Source: Bacteroidota bacterium
GTDB taxonomy: Bacteria; Bacteroidota; Bacteroidia; Chitinophagales; Chitinophagaceae
DNA: 64,000 bases
Direction: 5' to 3'
NCBI GenBank assembly: GCA_947476145.1
Contig: CANJPH010000011.1
Location: 2,663-66,662 of the forward strand
The first letter of the stretch is position 1. Each line of letters begins with the position of its first letter. Both the position numbers and the translations under genes were made by a program. Below are positions 1-9,123 of the stretch, one piece after another. Under the pieces are notes generated by a model. The model saw only the letters and a program-made list of their open reading frames with translations. It ran no database searches and was not told the DNA's origin.

Positions 1-439
1 TTACGGACAGTTCCTTTTGCAACCATCGTAAACCCAATTTTTCATATTGCTGAATGATTTCCGCTCTTATATTGGGATCAATTACAGGGATCATATCTAA
101 GCCCTCACAAAATGCTTTGATATATAAACCCGTTCCACCTACCATGACAACCGCGTCCTTGGTTTTGAACAATACTTCTACTTTGTCCAATGCATAGCGC
201 TCAAACACGGACGCATTGATCGTATCATTTATGGAATGACTTGCAATAAAATGATGGGGCAGGGCTGCTAATTCGGATGTACTAGGTCTGGCTACTCCAA
301 TGTTCATTTCTCCATAACATTGACGCGCATCGGCAGAAATAATTTCGGTATGCAAGGCTTGCGCCAATGAAATGGCAAATGCAGTTTTACCAACCGCAGT
401 TGGTCCTATTATAATATATACAGTTTTATCTAAAGACAA
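1..439 (-). CDS. miaA: tRNA (adenosine-37-N6)-dimethylallyltransferase, 3' end outside window
   Basis: Manual translation from TTG at 439: LSLDKTVYIIIGPTAVGKTAFAISLAQALHTEIISADARQCY (P-loop GPTAVGKT plus ISADxRQ). In-frame TGA at 476-478 limits upstream extension. Not in ORF track. Confidence 0.93.
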   Translation of the reverse strand, partial: MSLDKTVYIIIGPTAVGKTAFAISLAQALHTEIISADARQCYGEMNIGVARPSTSELAALPHHFIASHSINDTINASVFERYALDKVEVLFKTKDAVVMVGGTGLYIKAFCEGLDMIPVIDPNIRAEIIQQYEKLGLRWLQKELSV

Positions 440-518
440 TTTATTGATATTTAAAAGCGACCCTGCAATCTCGCTTCATTAAAAACTAAAATAAAAAAAA
501 GTGCAATTTATAAAACAC

Positions 519-1157
519 TTAGTAAGCCTCGAATGAATCATCTAAGAAACCATTGCCTTTGGAGTCCTCTCCTTCATCAGACGCATCCCCGTCGTCTTCA
601 TCAGCATCATCAGACGCATCCGAGTCCTCGCCTGCATCCCCGTCGTCTTCGCCTTCTTCACCAAATCCCTCCTTTGCTTCGGACAGGTCATACTTTTCTT
701 CAATGTCGGCAAAGTTTTTACCTAGTAGTCCTTTGGAACCATACTGCATTGGGCCCACTCCCTCCGTTCTTGAAATAATGGGATAACTTAATGTTAAGTC
801 TGCATCGGCATTTTTAATGACTTGTATTAGCTCAATTAAAAAAGTCCATGATTTATTAAAATCATATAAATAAATAAAGTGTTGATTGGTGTCAATAATT
901 TCTGTCCCAATGACAGTCTCACTCATTAATAATGGCGCTGCAACATATTCCTTCTCATAAACTTCTTTGCTAATTTCTCTCCCTCTTTTCCAAATATCAT
1001 TGCTCCTAAAAAAAGTAGCATTATGTATTTGATCAAATTCAAAGGCTTTTAATATAATTTCATGTAGTGCTGAAAAACTTTGTGTATGCTTTACTAAAAC
1101 GTCTCTGTAGATTGCATCATCCTCCTCCCAATACACCCTAAATTTTAAAATGGCCAT
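519..1157 (-). CDS. pRiA4b ORF-3-like (IS1096 passenger TnpR-like) family protein with long acidic C-terminal tail
   Basis: N-terminal pattern LHxxIxxAFEF...FF, YxYDFxxxWxFxIEL; D/E-rich tail; lies upstream of miaA on the same strand. Confidence 0.7.
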   Translation of the reverse strand: MAILKFRVYWEEDDAIYRDVLVKHTQSFSALHEIILKAFEFDQIHNATFFRSNDIWKRGREISKEVYEKEYVAAPLLMSETVIGTEIIDTNQHFIYLYDFNKSWTFLIELIQVIKNADADLTLSYPIISRTEGVGPMQYGSKGLLGKNFADIEEKYDLSEAKEGFGEEGEDDGDAGEDSDASDDADEDDGDASDEGEDSKGNGFLDDSFEAY

Positions 1158-1182
1158 ACTTTAAATTTGAAACGCTAAATTA

Positions 1183-2604
1183 CTATTTTATTACAGGAAA
1201 TAAGCCTAGTTGGGCTGCTTCTTTCAACATAAAATCATAAGCGGCATCCTGCTCATTGGGAATAACTCCATCCAATATGGCTTCTCTTATGGCATCCTTT
1301 ATTATACCCACTTGTTTGGAGGGGGTAATATTAAATATTTGCATGATCATTTCACCCGTAATGGGTGGTTGCCAATTGCGAATGCTATCCTTTTCCTCTA
1401 CTTCTTGCAAGCGCACTTTTACATACTCAAAGCCCTGCAAATATCTTTTTACTTTATTTTGATTCTTGCTCGTAATATCTGCAGCACACAACAACATCAA
1501 TGATTCAACATCATCCCCCGCATCAAATAATAATCTTCTAATGGCACTGTCTGTGACACTTTCTTTGGTTAATGAAATAGGACGCAAATGCAATGCCACT
1601 AATTTTTGCACCATCTTCATTTTTTCATTTAGCGGCAATTTTAACTGCGTAAATATTTTGGGCACCATTCTTGCACCTACCACTTCATGCCCATGAAAGG
1701 TCCAACCAAATCCAGGTTCAAATCTTTTTGTTTTAGGCTTTGCAATATCATGTAATAAGGCAGCCCATCTTAACCAAATATCATTAGAGGTACTTGCTAC
1801 ATTATCCAATACTTGAAGCGTGTGGGAAAAATTATCCTTATGCCCAATACCATCCAATGTTTCAGCGCCTTCTAATTGTAATAACAATGGGAATATATGT
1901 TGTAATAAACCTGATGCTTTTAATAAATACCAACCTTTCGATGGCGTCTCGGTCATCATTATTTTTTGCAATTCTTCGGTAATGCGTTCTTGAGAAACAA
2001 TACTGATACGATCTGCAATTTGTTGAATACCTTTAAAAGTTTCCTCCGTAATGGTAAAATCCAACTGTGTTGCAAAACGAATGGCGCGCATCATACGCAA
2101 TGGATCATCATCAAATGTTTGTGCAGGTGCTAAAGGCGTTTTCAAGATTTTATTTTGCAAATCTTCTAGTCCACCAAAAGGATCAATGATATGTCCAAAA
2201 TGCGATACATTTAATTCAATAGCTAAAGCATTTACGGTGAAGTCTCTCCTATTTTGATCATCCTCTATGGTCCCCGGACTTACTTCGGGTTTACGACTAT
2301 GACGTGCGTAGCTTTCTTTTCTTGCTCCCACAAATTCAATTTCTATATCATCAAATTTCACTTGCGCCGTACCAAAGGTTTTAAATAATGAAACGGGTGG
2401 ATTTGGATGAAACAATTTGGAAAAAGCCTGAGCCAATGCCATCCCATCTCCAATACAAACCACATCAATATCCTTAGTGGGACGTTCCAATATTTTATCA
2501 CGCACAAATCCTCCCACCGCAAAGGCAGGTACTCCTATTTTGGCGGCAGCTTCGGCTACTGCTTTTAATAGTGCTGTTTCTCGTGACGTGAGTTGGAGTT
2601 GCAT
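1183..2604 (-). CDS. cca: CCA-adding tRNA nucleotidyltransferase with HD domain
   Basis: VGGFVRD, DIDV, RRDFTVNA, DDPLRMMRAIRFA, ALLHDIAK motifs. Confidence 0.92.
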   Translation of the reverse strand: MQLQLTSRETALLKAVAEAAAKIGVPAFAVGGFVRDKILERPTKDIDVVCIGDGMALAQAFSKLFHPNPPVSLFKTFGTAQVKFDDIEIEFVGARKESYARHSRKPEVSPGTIEDDQNRRDFTVNALAIELNVSHFGHIIDPFGGLEDLQNKILKTPLAPAQTFDDDPLRMMRAIRFATQLDFTITEETFKGIQQIADRISIVSQERITEELQKIMMTETPSKGWYLLKASGLLQHIFPLLLQLEGAETLDGIGHKDNFSHTLQVLDNVASTSNDIWLRWAALLHDIAKPKTKRFEPGFGWTFHGHEVVGARMVPKIFTQLKLPLNEKMKMVQKLVALHLRPISLTKESVTDSAIRRLLFDAGDDVESLMLLCAADITSKNQNKVKRYLQGFEYVKVRLQEVEEKDSIRNWQPPITGEMIMQIFNITPSKQVGIIKDAIREAILDGVIPNEQDAAYDFMLKEAAQLGLFPVIK

Positions 2605-2608
2605 GGCG

Positions 2609-2616
2609 CAAATGTA
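2609..2616 (-). promoter_or_regulatory. Bacteroidota sigmaA -7 element TACATTTG, 4 nt before cca ATG
   Basis: Exact match to TAnnTTTG on the minus strand. Confidence 0.65.
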
Positions 2617-3639
2617 CTAATGTTGCGTCATTTGTACCAATGGAGCGTATAATTGTTGCATTTGAACACTCATAGCGCAATTAAAATGTGCCAAAGGACA
2701 GGCTTTTTTACCATGAATACCACAGGGTTTACAGGACAATGCCTTTTCTGTTTGCACAATAAAGGACTGATCAGATAAAGGTCCATATCCAAAATCCGGA
2801 ATGGTAGAACAATAGATAGCCACCACAGGTGCATTTACTGCCGAAGCAAAATGCATAGGCGCCGAATCATTTACATAATTTAACACCGCACCTTTTTGCA
2901 TAGCAGCAGAACTTAAAAAATTAAATTGCCCAGCCACATTCACCACTCTATTTTTAATTCTTGCATTAGCGGCAATCGCATTTACAATTTGATCTCCTAT
3001 TTTACGATCCCCTGGCCCACCAATAATATATACATTACCGCTATATTCTAATGTATTTAAAAATTGAACCCATTGCTCAACGGGAAATTGTTTAGTATAC
3101 CAAACAGAGGCCGGGGCAATACATATATAGGGTTGTGATTGGAATGATTTTACTTTTTCCAAGTCGGAAGGAGCAGGATATAATTTTGGATTACATAAAG
3201 GAATATCCTCATCTAAAAATTGAATCAACGCATGATTTTTTTGTATTTCATGCAAGCCCGTTTGTATGGCTTCATGTTTTACTTTATGAGTAAATAAAAA
3301 TGAAAATGGATTTTTATCAAACCCAATGGTAACCATTGCCTTTGAAAAAGCCGTCCACAAACCAGTGGCAGCATATCTTTGCACATTTATCAAAACATCA
3401 TATTGTTGGGCACGTAATTGTTTTAAAACTTTTAACCAATTTGCATATTTGCTTTGTTGCTTATCCCAAATAATTACATTACTTATATATGGATGTTGTG
3501 CAAACAAAGCTTCATTTCCTTTTCTTACTACAATATCAATTGTTGCAGTTGGATATTTTGCATGCAATGACTCTATTAGCGCCGTAGATAATACGACATC
3601 ACCAATAAAAGCAGTTTGTATAATTCCAATTTTTTGCAT
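2617..3639 (-). CDS. Glycosyltransferase family 9 (heptosyltransferase-like)
   Basis: IQTAFIGDVVL start, NDSAPMHFASA, PCGIHG motifs. Confidence 0.88.
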   Translation of the reverse strand: MQKIGIIQTAFIGDVVLSTALIESLHAKYPTATIDIVVRKGNEALFAQHPYISNVIIWDKQQSKYANWLKVLKQLRAQQYDVLINVQRYAATGLWTAFSKAMVTIGFDKNPFSFLFTHKVKHEAIQTGLHEIQKNHALIQFLDEDIPLCNPKLYPAPSDLEKVKSFQSQPYICIAPASVWYTKQFPVEQWVQFLNTLEYSGNVYIIGGPGDRKIGDQIVNAIAANARIKNRVVNVAGQFNFLSSAAMQKGAVLNYVNDSAPMHFASAVNAPVVAIYCSTIPDFGYGPLSDQSFIVQTEKALSCKPCGIHGKKACPLAHFNCAMSVQMQQLYAPLVQMTQH

Positions 3640-3672
3640 GCAATGAATTTTCTTTTATTGAGGAGTCAATTA

Positions 3673-4245
3673 TTAGTGTCTGATAATAATTAATTGCCCA
3701 TTTTTATCCCATTTAATGATCGAAGAAGGTTGTTTTAATTCGGTCTCTTCCCTACGATGCTTTACAACATAATTTACGCCTTCTATAATTTCCATTGAAA
3801 TATCATTAAAACAAAGTGCGGTAGGATAAGAAGAAATATTTGCAGAGGTACTCACAATAGGTTTACCAAATTGATAAATTAATTCCTGACAAAACTGATC
3901 CTTACAAACACGTATAGCAACTGTTCCATCATCTGACATTAAATTAGGCGCTAAATTTTTTGCGTTTTGATAAATGACAGTGGTAGGTTTATGAATGCCT
4001 TTGATATAATCAAACACTTGCAGTTCATTGATCTCTACATAATTTAATATCGACTGCTCATTATGCACTAAAATAATCATCGCTTTTGAATCCACTCTTT
4101 TTTTGAGTTCAAAAATTTGCTTCACTGCAGCTTCATTAGTCGCATCACAGCCAATGCCCCAAACGGTATCAGTGGGATATAATATGATTCCTCCTTTTTG
4201 TAGTGTTTCAAGGCAGGCTTTAAGATCATCGTGATTCGCAAACAT
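3673..4245 (-). CDS. tsaC: L-threonylcarbamoyladenylate synthase (Sua5/YrdC)
   Basis: YPTDTVWGIGCDA, KxR, STSAN motifs. Confidence 0.9.
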   Translation of the reverse strand: MFANHDDLKACLETLQKGGIILYPTDTVWGIGCDATNEAAVKQIFELKKRVDSKAMIILVHNEQSILNYVEINELQVFDYIKGIHKPTTVIYQNAKNLAPNLMSDDGTVAIRVCKDQFCQELIYQFGKPIVSTSANISSYPTALCFNDISMEIIEGVNYVVKHRREETELKQPSSIIKWDKNGQLIIIRH

Positions 4246-4325
4246 GTTGCAAATTAAACAATACCTGTTATAAAATGGATGGTTTATTGTGCAAAAGAAT
4301 TGGTCAAAAATAAATTTTGAGCATG

Positions 4326-4333
4326 TATTTTTG
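4326..4333 (+). promoter_or_regulatory. Bacteroidota -7 element TATTTTTG upstream of dapD
   Basis: TAnnTTTG match 15 nt before the ATG at 4349. Confidence 0.55.
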
Positions 4334-4348
4334 CCAAAATTGACAATA

Positions 4349-5161
4349 ATGGACTTACAAACTAAAATTGAAGCAGCATGGAATGACCGCGCTTTATTAA
4401 AAGACGAAATCTATAGCAATGCCATTCGGGAAGTGATTGAAGAAGTAGATAAAGGAAGACTAAGAGTTGCTGAACCCAGCGCAAATAATTGGGTAGTAAA
4501 CGAATGGGTAAAGCAAGCCATCCTAATGTATTTTGGTATTCAACAAATGCAAACCTGGGAATTAGCCCCCTTTGAATTTCATGATAAAATGTTATTAAAA
4601 TCGGGTTATGCAGCATTGGGCGTTCGTGCCGTTCCACATGCCATTGCAAGATATGGTGCCTACTTAGCAAAGAATGTAGTGCTTATGCCAAGCTATGTGA
4701 ATATTGGTGCTTTTGTAGACGAAGGAACCATGGTAGATACTTGGGCAACAGTCGGGAGCTGTGCGCAAATTGGAAAGAATGTGCACCTAAGTGGTGGTGT
4801 AGGCATTGGTGGTGTTTTAGAACCATTGCAAGCAAGTCCAGTGATTGTGGAAGATGGTTGTTTTATTGGAAGTAGATGTATTGTGGTCGAAGGCGTTCAC
4901 TTAGAAAAAGAAGTGGTATTGGGCGCCAATGTAGTGTTAACCAAGAGTACAAAAATAATAGATGTGAGCGGAGATACCCCTGTTGAATATAAAGGACGCG
5001 TACCAGCTAGAAGTGTTGTGATTCCGGGTGCTTATTCAAAAACTTTCCCTGCTGGTGATTACCATGTGAATTGTGCTTTAATCATAGGTCAACGTAAACC
5101 AAGTACCGATTTAAAGACCAGCTTAAATGATGCATTAAGGGATTTTAATGTTGCGGTATAA
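4349..5161 (+). CDS. dapD: 2,3,4,5-tetrahydropyridine-2,6-dicarboxylate N-succinyltransferase
   Basis: VNEWVKQAILMYF, MPSYVNIGA, DTWATVGSCAQIG, GIGGVLEPLQA. Start moved to ATG 4349 (270 aa) because the promoter element lies inside the longer ORF. Confidence 0.95.
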   Translation: MDLQTKIEAAWNDRALLKDEIYSNAIREVIEEVDKGRLRVAEPSANNWVVNEWVKQAILMYFGIQQMQTWELAPFEFHDKMLLKSGYAALGVRAVPHAIARYGAYLAKNVVLMPSYVNIGAFVDEGTMVDTWATVGSCAQIGKNVHLSGGVGIGGVLEPLQASPVIVEDGCFIGSRCIVVEGVHLEKEVVLGANVVLTKSTKIIDVSGDTPVEYKGRVPARSVVIPGAYSKTFPAGDYHVNCALIIGQRKPSTDLKTSLNDALRDFNVAV

Positions 5162-5218
5162 AAATGGGCAATGCCTCTAAAAAAGTTGGGGTGACAGAGA
5201 CTAATCCCCACCACCCCG

Positions 5219-5249
5219 ATTATCCTTCCCCCAAAGGATAATATTTTTT
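5219..5249 (+). terminator. Intrinsic terminator downstream of dapD
   Basis: ATTATCCTT-CCCCCA-AAGGATAAT 9-bp stem followed by ATTTTTT. Confidence 0.65.
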
Positions 5250-5485
5250 ATATATTTAATATTTCTTTAATTTGTTAAATTACCAAATTGCTTTTATAGC
5301 AAATTTGCAACAAAGTATTAGACATGTCACTAATTTACACAATTTTAGGTGTGAAAATCTTTATTTATTCTTTATTAGTTATAAATCATAATTTTACATA
5401 TTAGTAATATATATTCTTTGTTAAAAAATAAATAAGTAAATTTCTTATTGTATTTTTTCAATAGATTTGTGAAATATTCTAATAG

Positions 5486-6940
5486 ATGAAAAAAGCCTTA
5501 CTGTTAGCATTTCTTGCTAACTTATTTTTGCCTTCAATGGCACAAAAGGAAAGTAACCCATTAAAAAAGCATGAGGTTCAGTTACTATCCTTATTATTAG
5601 ATGATACGATAAACAATACCAACTTTACGCTAAACAACTCTTTTAATTTTGGTATTGGAAATGACTTTTTTACCAATAGCAATATAATAAAAAAAGGGAA
5701 AGATGTTTTTATACAACCCCTTGGTACAGGAAGGTTATATAAAGCCAACAAAGATAATGGGGTGGTTAAAATAGATAGAATTGACCTAACAAAGCACTCT
5801 GGTTCCAATTTCTACGCGCAAAATTTCTTAATTCATGATACCTTATATCAAATGGGAGGTGTGGGCTTTTGGCATATTAGAGGGATACTTACCTATTATA
5901 GTAATCAAACTAGACAATGGGAAATCATTCAAGCCAATAAAAATGTTCAAACCTACTTTGATGGGATTACAAATGCTGTTTTACATTATGATGAAAAAAG
6001 AAAGGACCCTAAGCTCTATATAAGTAACTCCTACTATTATCCAAATTATCCTACTTCTTTTGAAACTGCTTCCACTGATAGTTGTTACGTTTACGATTTT
6101 AATACAAGAGGCTGGAATACACTTGGGAAACTAAATCCTGAATTCATCAAGACTATTGGTGATAATCAGTCGCACGAAATGGAATTGCATATCAATAATT
6201 TATATATATTTCAGACACAGCTTAATTTTTATTGGGTAGATTTTGAAAAAAACAAACTTGGTGAATTTAATACCACCGAAAATGATCGCTTGAGAGACTT
6301 TTGGTTAAGCAATTACAATAATAATAAAAGTGGCTCTTCTTTTGGATTCGAGTTTAATCTTGGAGATGAATTGTATTTTCTAAAAGTGGATAACAACGAT
6401 TCTTTGATATGGGGAAAAACAACCTTAAACTTAAAAGAGCTCAATTTAAACAAGACAATACCTATTTATACTAATAAAGCGTCCTTTTTAGAAGCCATCA
6501 GTTCTTTTTACAGTCGTTATAAAACGGAAATTTATTTAAGCCTTTCCCTTTTACTCATCGCCATTGCATTAAGAGCTAATTTTTTCAGAAAGAAAAGAAT
6601 GCCTAAGGAACTTGTGGTGATTCTTTATCAGAACTTTTATAATTCAACCAGTATAGTGGAGAAAGAGCTTTTAGAGGTTTTATATAATAGTAGTTTAAAA
6701 GGAGAAGCAGTCTCTACCAAAACAATTAATAAAATAATTGGGGTTCAACAAAAGGATACGCTCACTCAAAATAAAAGCAGAAGTGACCATTTTATTAAAA
6801 TTAATCAGAAATTTAAAATGGCTACGCAAAGTGTAGAACCTTTAATTATAAAAAATAGAGATAAAGATGACAAGAGACAATACAATTATGACTTAAATAA
6901 ATTGTACATGCTTGAAATTGAAAAACTTTTAAAGGACTAG
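5486..6940 (+). CDS. Hypothetical membrane-anchored protein: signal peptide, Kelch-like periplasmic region, one TM helix, C-terminal winged-helix-like domain
   Basis: Signal peptide MKKALLLAFLANLFLPSMA; Kelch-like LYQMGGVGFW and CYVYDFNTRGWNTLG; TM IYLSLSLLLIAIAL then RKKR; basic C-terminus. TAGATTTG -7 element at 5462-5469. Confidence 0.6.
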   Translation: MKKALLLAFLANLFLPSMAQKESNPLKKHEVQLLSLLLDDTINNTNFTLNNSFNFGIGNDFFTNSNIIKKGKDVFIQPLGTGRLYKANKDNGVVKIDRIDLTKHSGSNFYAQNFLIHDTLYQMGGVGFWHIRGILTYYSNQTRQWEIIQANKNVQTYFDGITNAVLHYDEKRKDPKLYISNSYYYPNYPTSFETASTDSCYVYDFNTRGWNTLGKLNPEFIKTIGDNQSHEMELHINNLYIFQTQLNFYWVDFEKNKLGEFNTTENDRLRDFWLSNYNNNKSGSSFGFEFNLGDELYFLKVDNNDSLIWGKTTLNLKELNLNKTIPIYTNKASFLEAISSFYSRYKTEIYLSLSLLLIAIALRANFFRKKRMPKELVVILYQNFYNSTSIVEKELLEVLYNSSLKGEAVSTKTINKIIGVQQKDTLTQNKSRSDHFIKINQKFKMATQSVEPLIIKNRDKDDKRQYNYDLNKLYMLEIEKLLKD

Positions 6941-7909
6941 CAAACTACAACCTCTTCTGTCACTATGGTCTAGCCTTCCCAATACTTGAAAACTTCCATC
7001 CTCATAAACTTCCCCTATGTCTTGGGTGGCAATGAAGGCACAACTATATATGTTGGCCAAATCAATAATATGTAAAACGCCCCTTCCTTTGGCTTTAAGG
7101 GCCGTTGGATCCTGTTCTTCCCCCACCAAAACTTTCATCCAAGGCGGGCATTTAAAAATGCCATTACCTAAGGAATAAGCCTGACTTAATAATTCGGTCA
7201 TTCCATATTCGGAATGTATTGTGTTCACCCCTAAATTGTTTTTTAAAAGGGCATGTAAGGCCTCTTTTGTCAACTCTTCCTTACGGCCTTTCATTCCTCC
7301 GGTTTCAATCACAGTAGTATATTTTAATTGTTGTGGATAGGCTGTAGAAAAATCAATTAAACCAAAGCTCACACCCATAAACCAAGTGTTTGTTTTATTC
7401 GCTTCTAATTGTGTTAATACCTGATCTAGTTTTTCAAACTCATTTAAATAAAAACCACTTTGTGGATGTCCTGATGCTTGAATTAATTTATCTACCATGT
7501 ATACCAAGGAAGAATGTTTTCTTTCTAAATAAGAAGGCAATAATCCAATAATACAATAATCAGCAGGATTACCATAAAAACGTTGAAAACAATTTAAAAA
7601 ACTTGCTTCGTATAAATTTGTATCTGCTACCCAATGCTTGCTGACCACATCCTGGGTGGTACCACTACTTTCAAATAAAGTGCTTGGCTTTTCCCCTATA
7701 TATACTTCTTGATTTTTAAAAAAAGAAATGGGTAAAAACGGTATACTATTTATTGTTTCGAGATTATCAATGGACTGATTGGAAAGTGTGATCCATTGAT
7801 TATACACTGGATTATTTTTAGCCTGAAAAACACATAGCTCCTTGGCCGTTTCTAAAAATTGATCGGCTGGCAGGTTCCACAATGATACTATATTGAAAGG
7901 CGTGTTCAT
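6929..7909 (-). CDS. LuxE/PaaK-family acyl-protein synthetase-like protein
   Basis: FLPISFFK, FESSGTT, ETGGMKG, SEYGMTELLSQ, IATQDIG, LGRxDxSDxRGCSL. Confidence 0.85.
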   Translation of the reverse strand: MNTPFNIVSLWNLPADQFLETAKELCVFQAKNNPVYNQWITLSNQSIDNLETINSIPFLPISFFKNQEVYIGEKPSTLFESSGTTQDVVSKHWVADTNLYEASFLNCFQRFYGNPADYCIIGLLPSYLERKHSSLVYMVDKLIQASGHPQSGFYLNEFEKLDQVLTQLEANKTNTWFMGVSFGLIDFSTAYPQQLKYTTVIETGGMKGRKEELTKEALHALLKNNLGVNTIHSEYGMTELLSQAYSLGNGIFKCPPWMKVLVGEEQDPTALKAKGRGVLHIIDLANIYSCAFIATQDIGEVYEDGSFQVLGRLDHSDRRGCSLLVL

Positions 7910-8016
7910 ATCCGGCTATTGTATGCGCAAAAGTATCAATATTCTTAGGAAAAACGCCCTAAAATATAAATGCAATATGTAGTATCTTGCACTCGATAAA
8001 TTTAAACAACTATTTT

Positions 8017-9123
8017 ATGGCAAAAGCATCTAGCAAAAAACAATTAATTAACGCCAACGCATACTCTTTTTTAAAAGAATATATTAACAACCCTTCACCC
8101 GTTGGATTTGAATCCAGTGGTCAAAAACTTTGGTTAAACTATATTACAAAATACGTAGACACTACCTTTACCGATCCTTATGGTACGGCAGTAGGTGTCA
8201 TTAATCCAGATGCTCCGTTTAAAGTAGTTATTGAAGCACATGCCGATGAAATTAGTTGGTTTGTAAATTATATTAACGATCAAGGTTTAATTCATTTAAA
8301 AAGAAATGGTGGCGTTGATCATCAAATTGCACCTAGCATGCGCGTTTGGATTCATGGGAAAAAAGGACCCGTTAAAGCAGTGTTTGGATGGCCTGCCATT
8401 CATACGCGTTTAAGTAACCCAGATCATAAAGAGCCACAGCCTAAAGTGGAGAATCTTACATTAGACTGTGGAGCTAGATCCAAAAAAGAAGTAGAAGCTT
8501 TAGGTATACATATTGGCGCAGTAGTAACTTACGAGGAAGGATTTGATGAACTAGCACATGATTTTATTATAGGACGTGCTTTTGATAATAGAGTGGGTGG
8601 ATTTATGATTGCCGAAGTAGCCAGATTATTAAAAGAAAATAAAAAGAAATTGCCATTTGGTTTGTATGTGGTAAACGCAGTTCAAGAAGAAATTGGATTA
8701 AGAGGCGCTGAGATGATTGCACGTCGCATTAAACCCAATATTGCCATCGTTACAGACGTTACCCATGATACGCATACACCTATGATTAATAAAGCCATTG
8801 AAGGCGATATTCAATGTGGTAAAGGGCCCTCTCTTGCCTATGCACCTGCCATACACAATAAGTTATTGGCTATAGTGGAAGAAACTGCAAAAGCTAAAAA
8901 AATTCCAGTTCAATTTAGAACCTTAAGTAGAAGTACAGGAACAGATACAGACAGTTTTGCATATGCGAATGATGGTTGTCCTTCGGTCTTAATTTCTATT
9001 CCATTAAGATATATGCATACCACGGTGGAAATGATCCATAAGAAAGACATTGTTGACACCATACAATTAATGTATGAAACCCTGCTTCAATTGAGTCCTA
9101 AAACAAACTTAAGTTACTTATAA
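8017..9123 (+). CDS. M42 family metallopeptidase
   Basis: EAHADEI, AFDNRVG, VQEEIGLRGA, DVTH, PLRYMHT. Start set to ATG 8017. Confidence 0.9.
   Translation: MAKASSKKQLINANAYSFLKEYINNPSPVGFESSGQKLWLNYITKYVDTTFTDPYGTAVGVINPDAPFKVVIEAHADEISWFVNYINDQGLIHLKRNGGVDHQIAPSMRVWIHGKKGPVKAVFGWPAIHTRLSNPDHKEPQPKVENLTLDCGARSKKEVEALGIHIGAVVTYEEGFDELAHDFIIGRAFDNRVGGFMIAEVARLLKENKKKLPFGLYVVNAVQEEIGLRGAEMIARRIKPNIAIVTDVTHDTHTPMINKAIEGDIQCGKGPSLAYAPAIHNKLLAIVEETAKAKKIPVQFRTLSRSTGTDTDSFAYANDGCPSVLISIPLRYMHTTVEMIHKKDIVDTIQLMYETLLQLSPKTNLSYL

Noticed and set aside
455-476. AAGCGA/TCGCTT hairpin between the pRiA4b-like gene and miaA
   Set aside because: Only 6 bp with a 10-nt loop and a short U-tract; too weak to call a terminator.
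519-1157. Mobile element suggested by the pRiA4b/IS1096-passenger family name
   Set aside because: No transposase, terminal inverted repeats or target duplication; the gene sits among tRNA-maturation housekeeping genes.
6929-7909. Bioluminescence (lux) operon
   Set aside because: Only a luxE-like gene; no luxAB, luxC or luxD.
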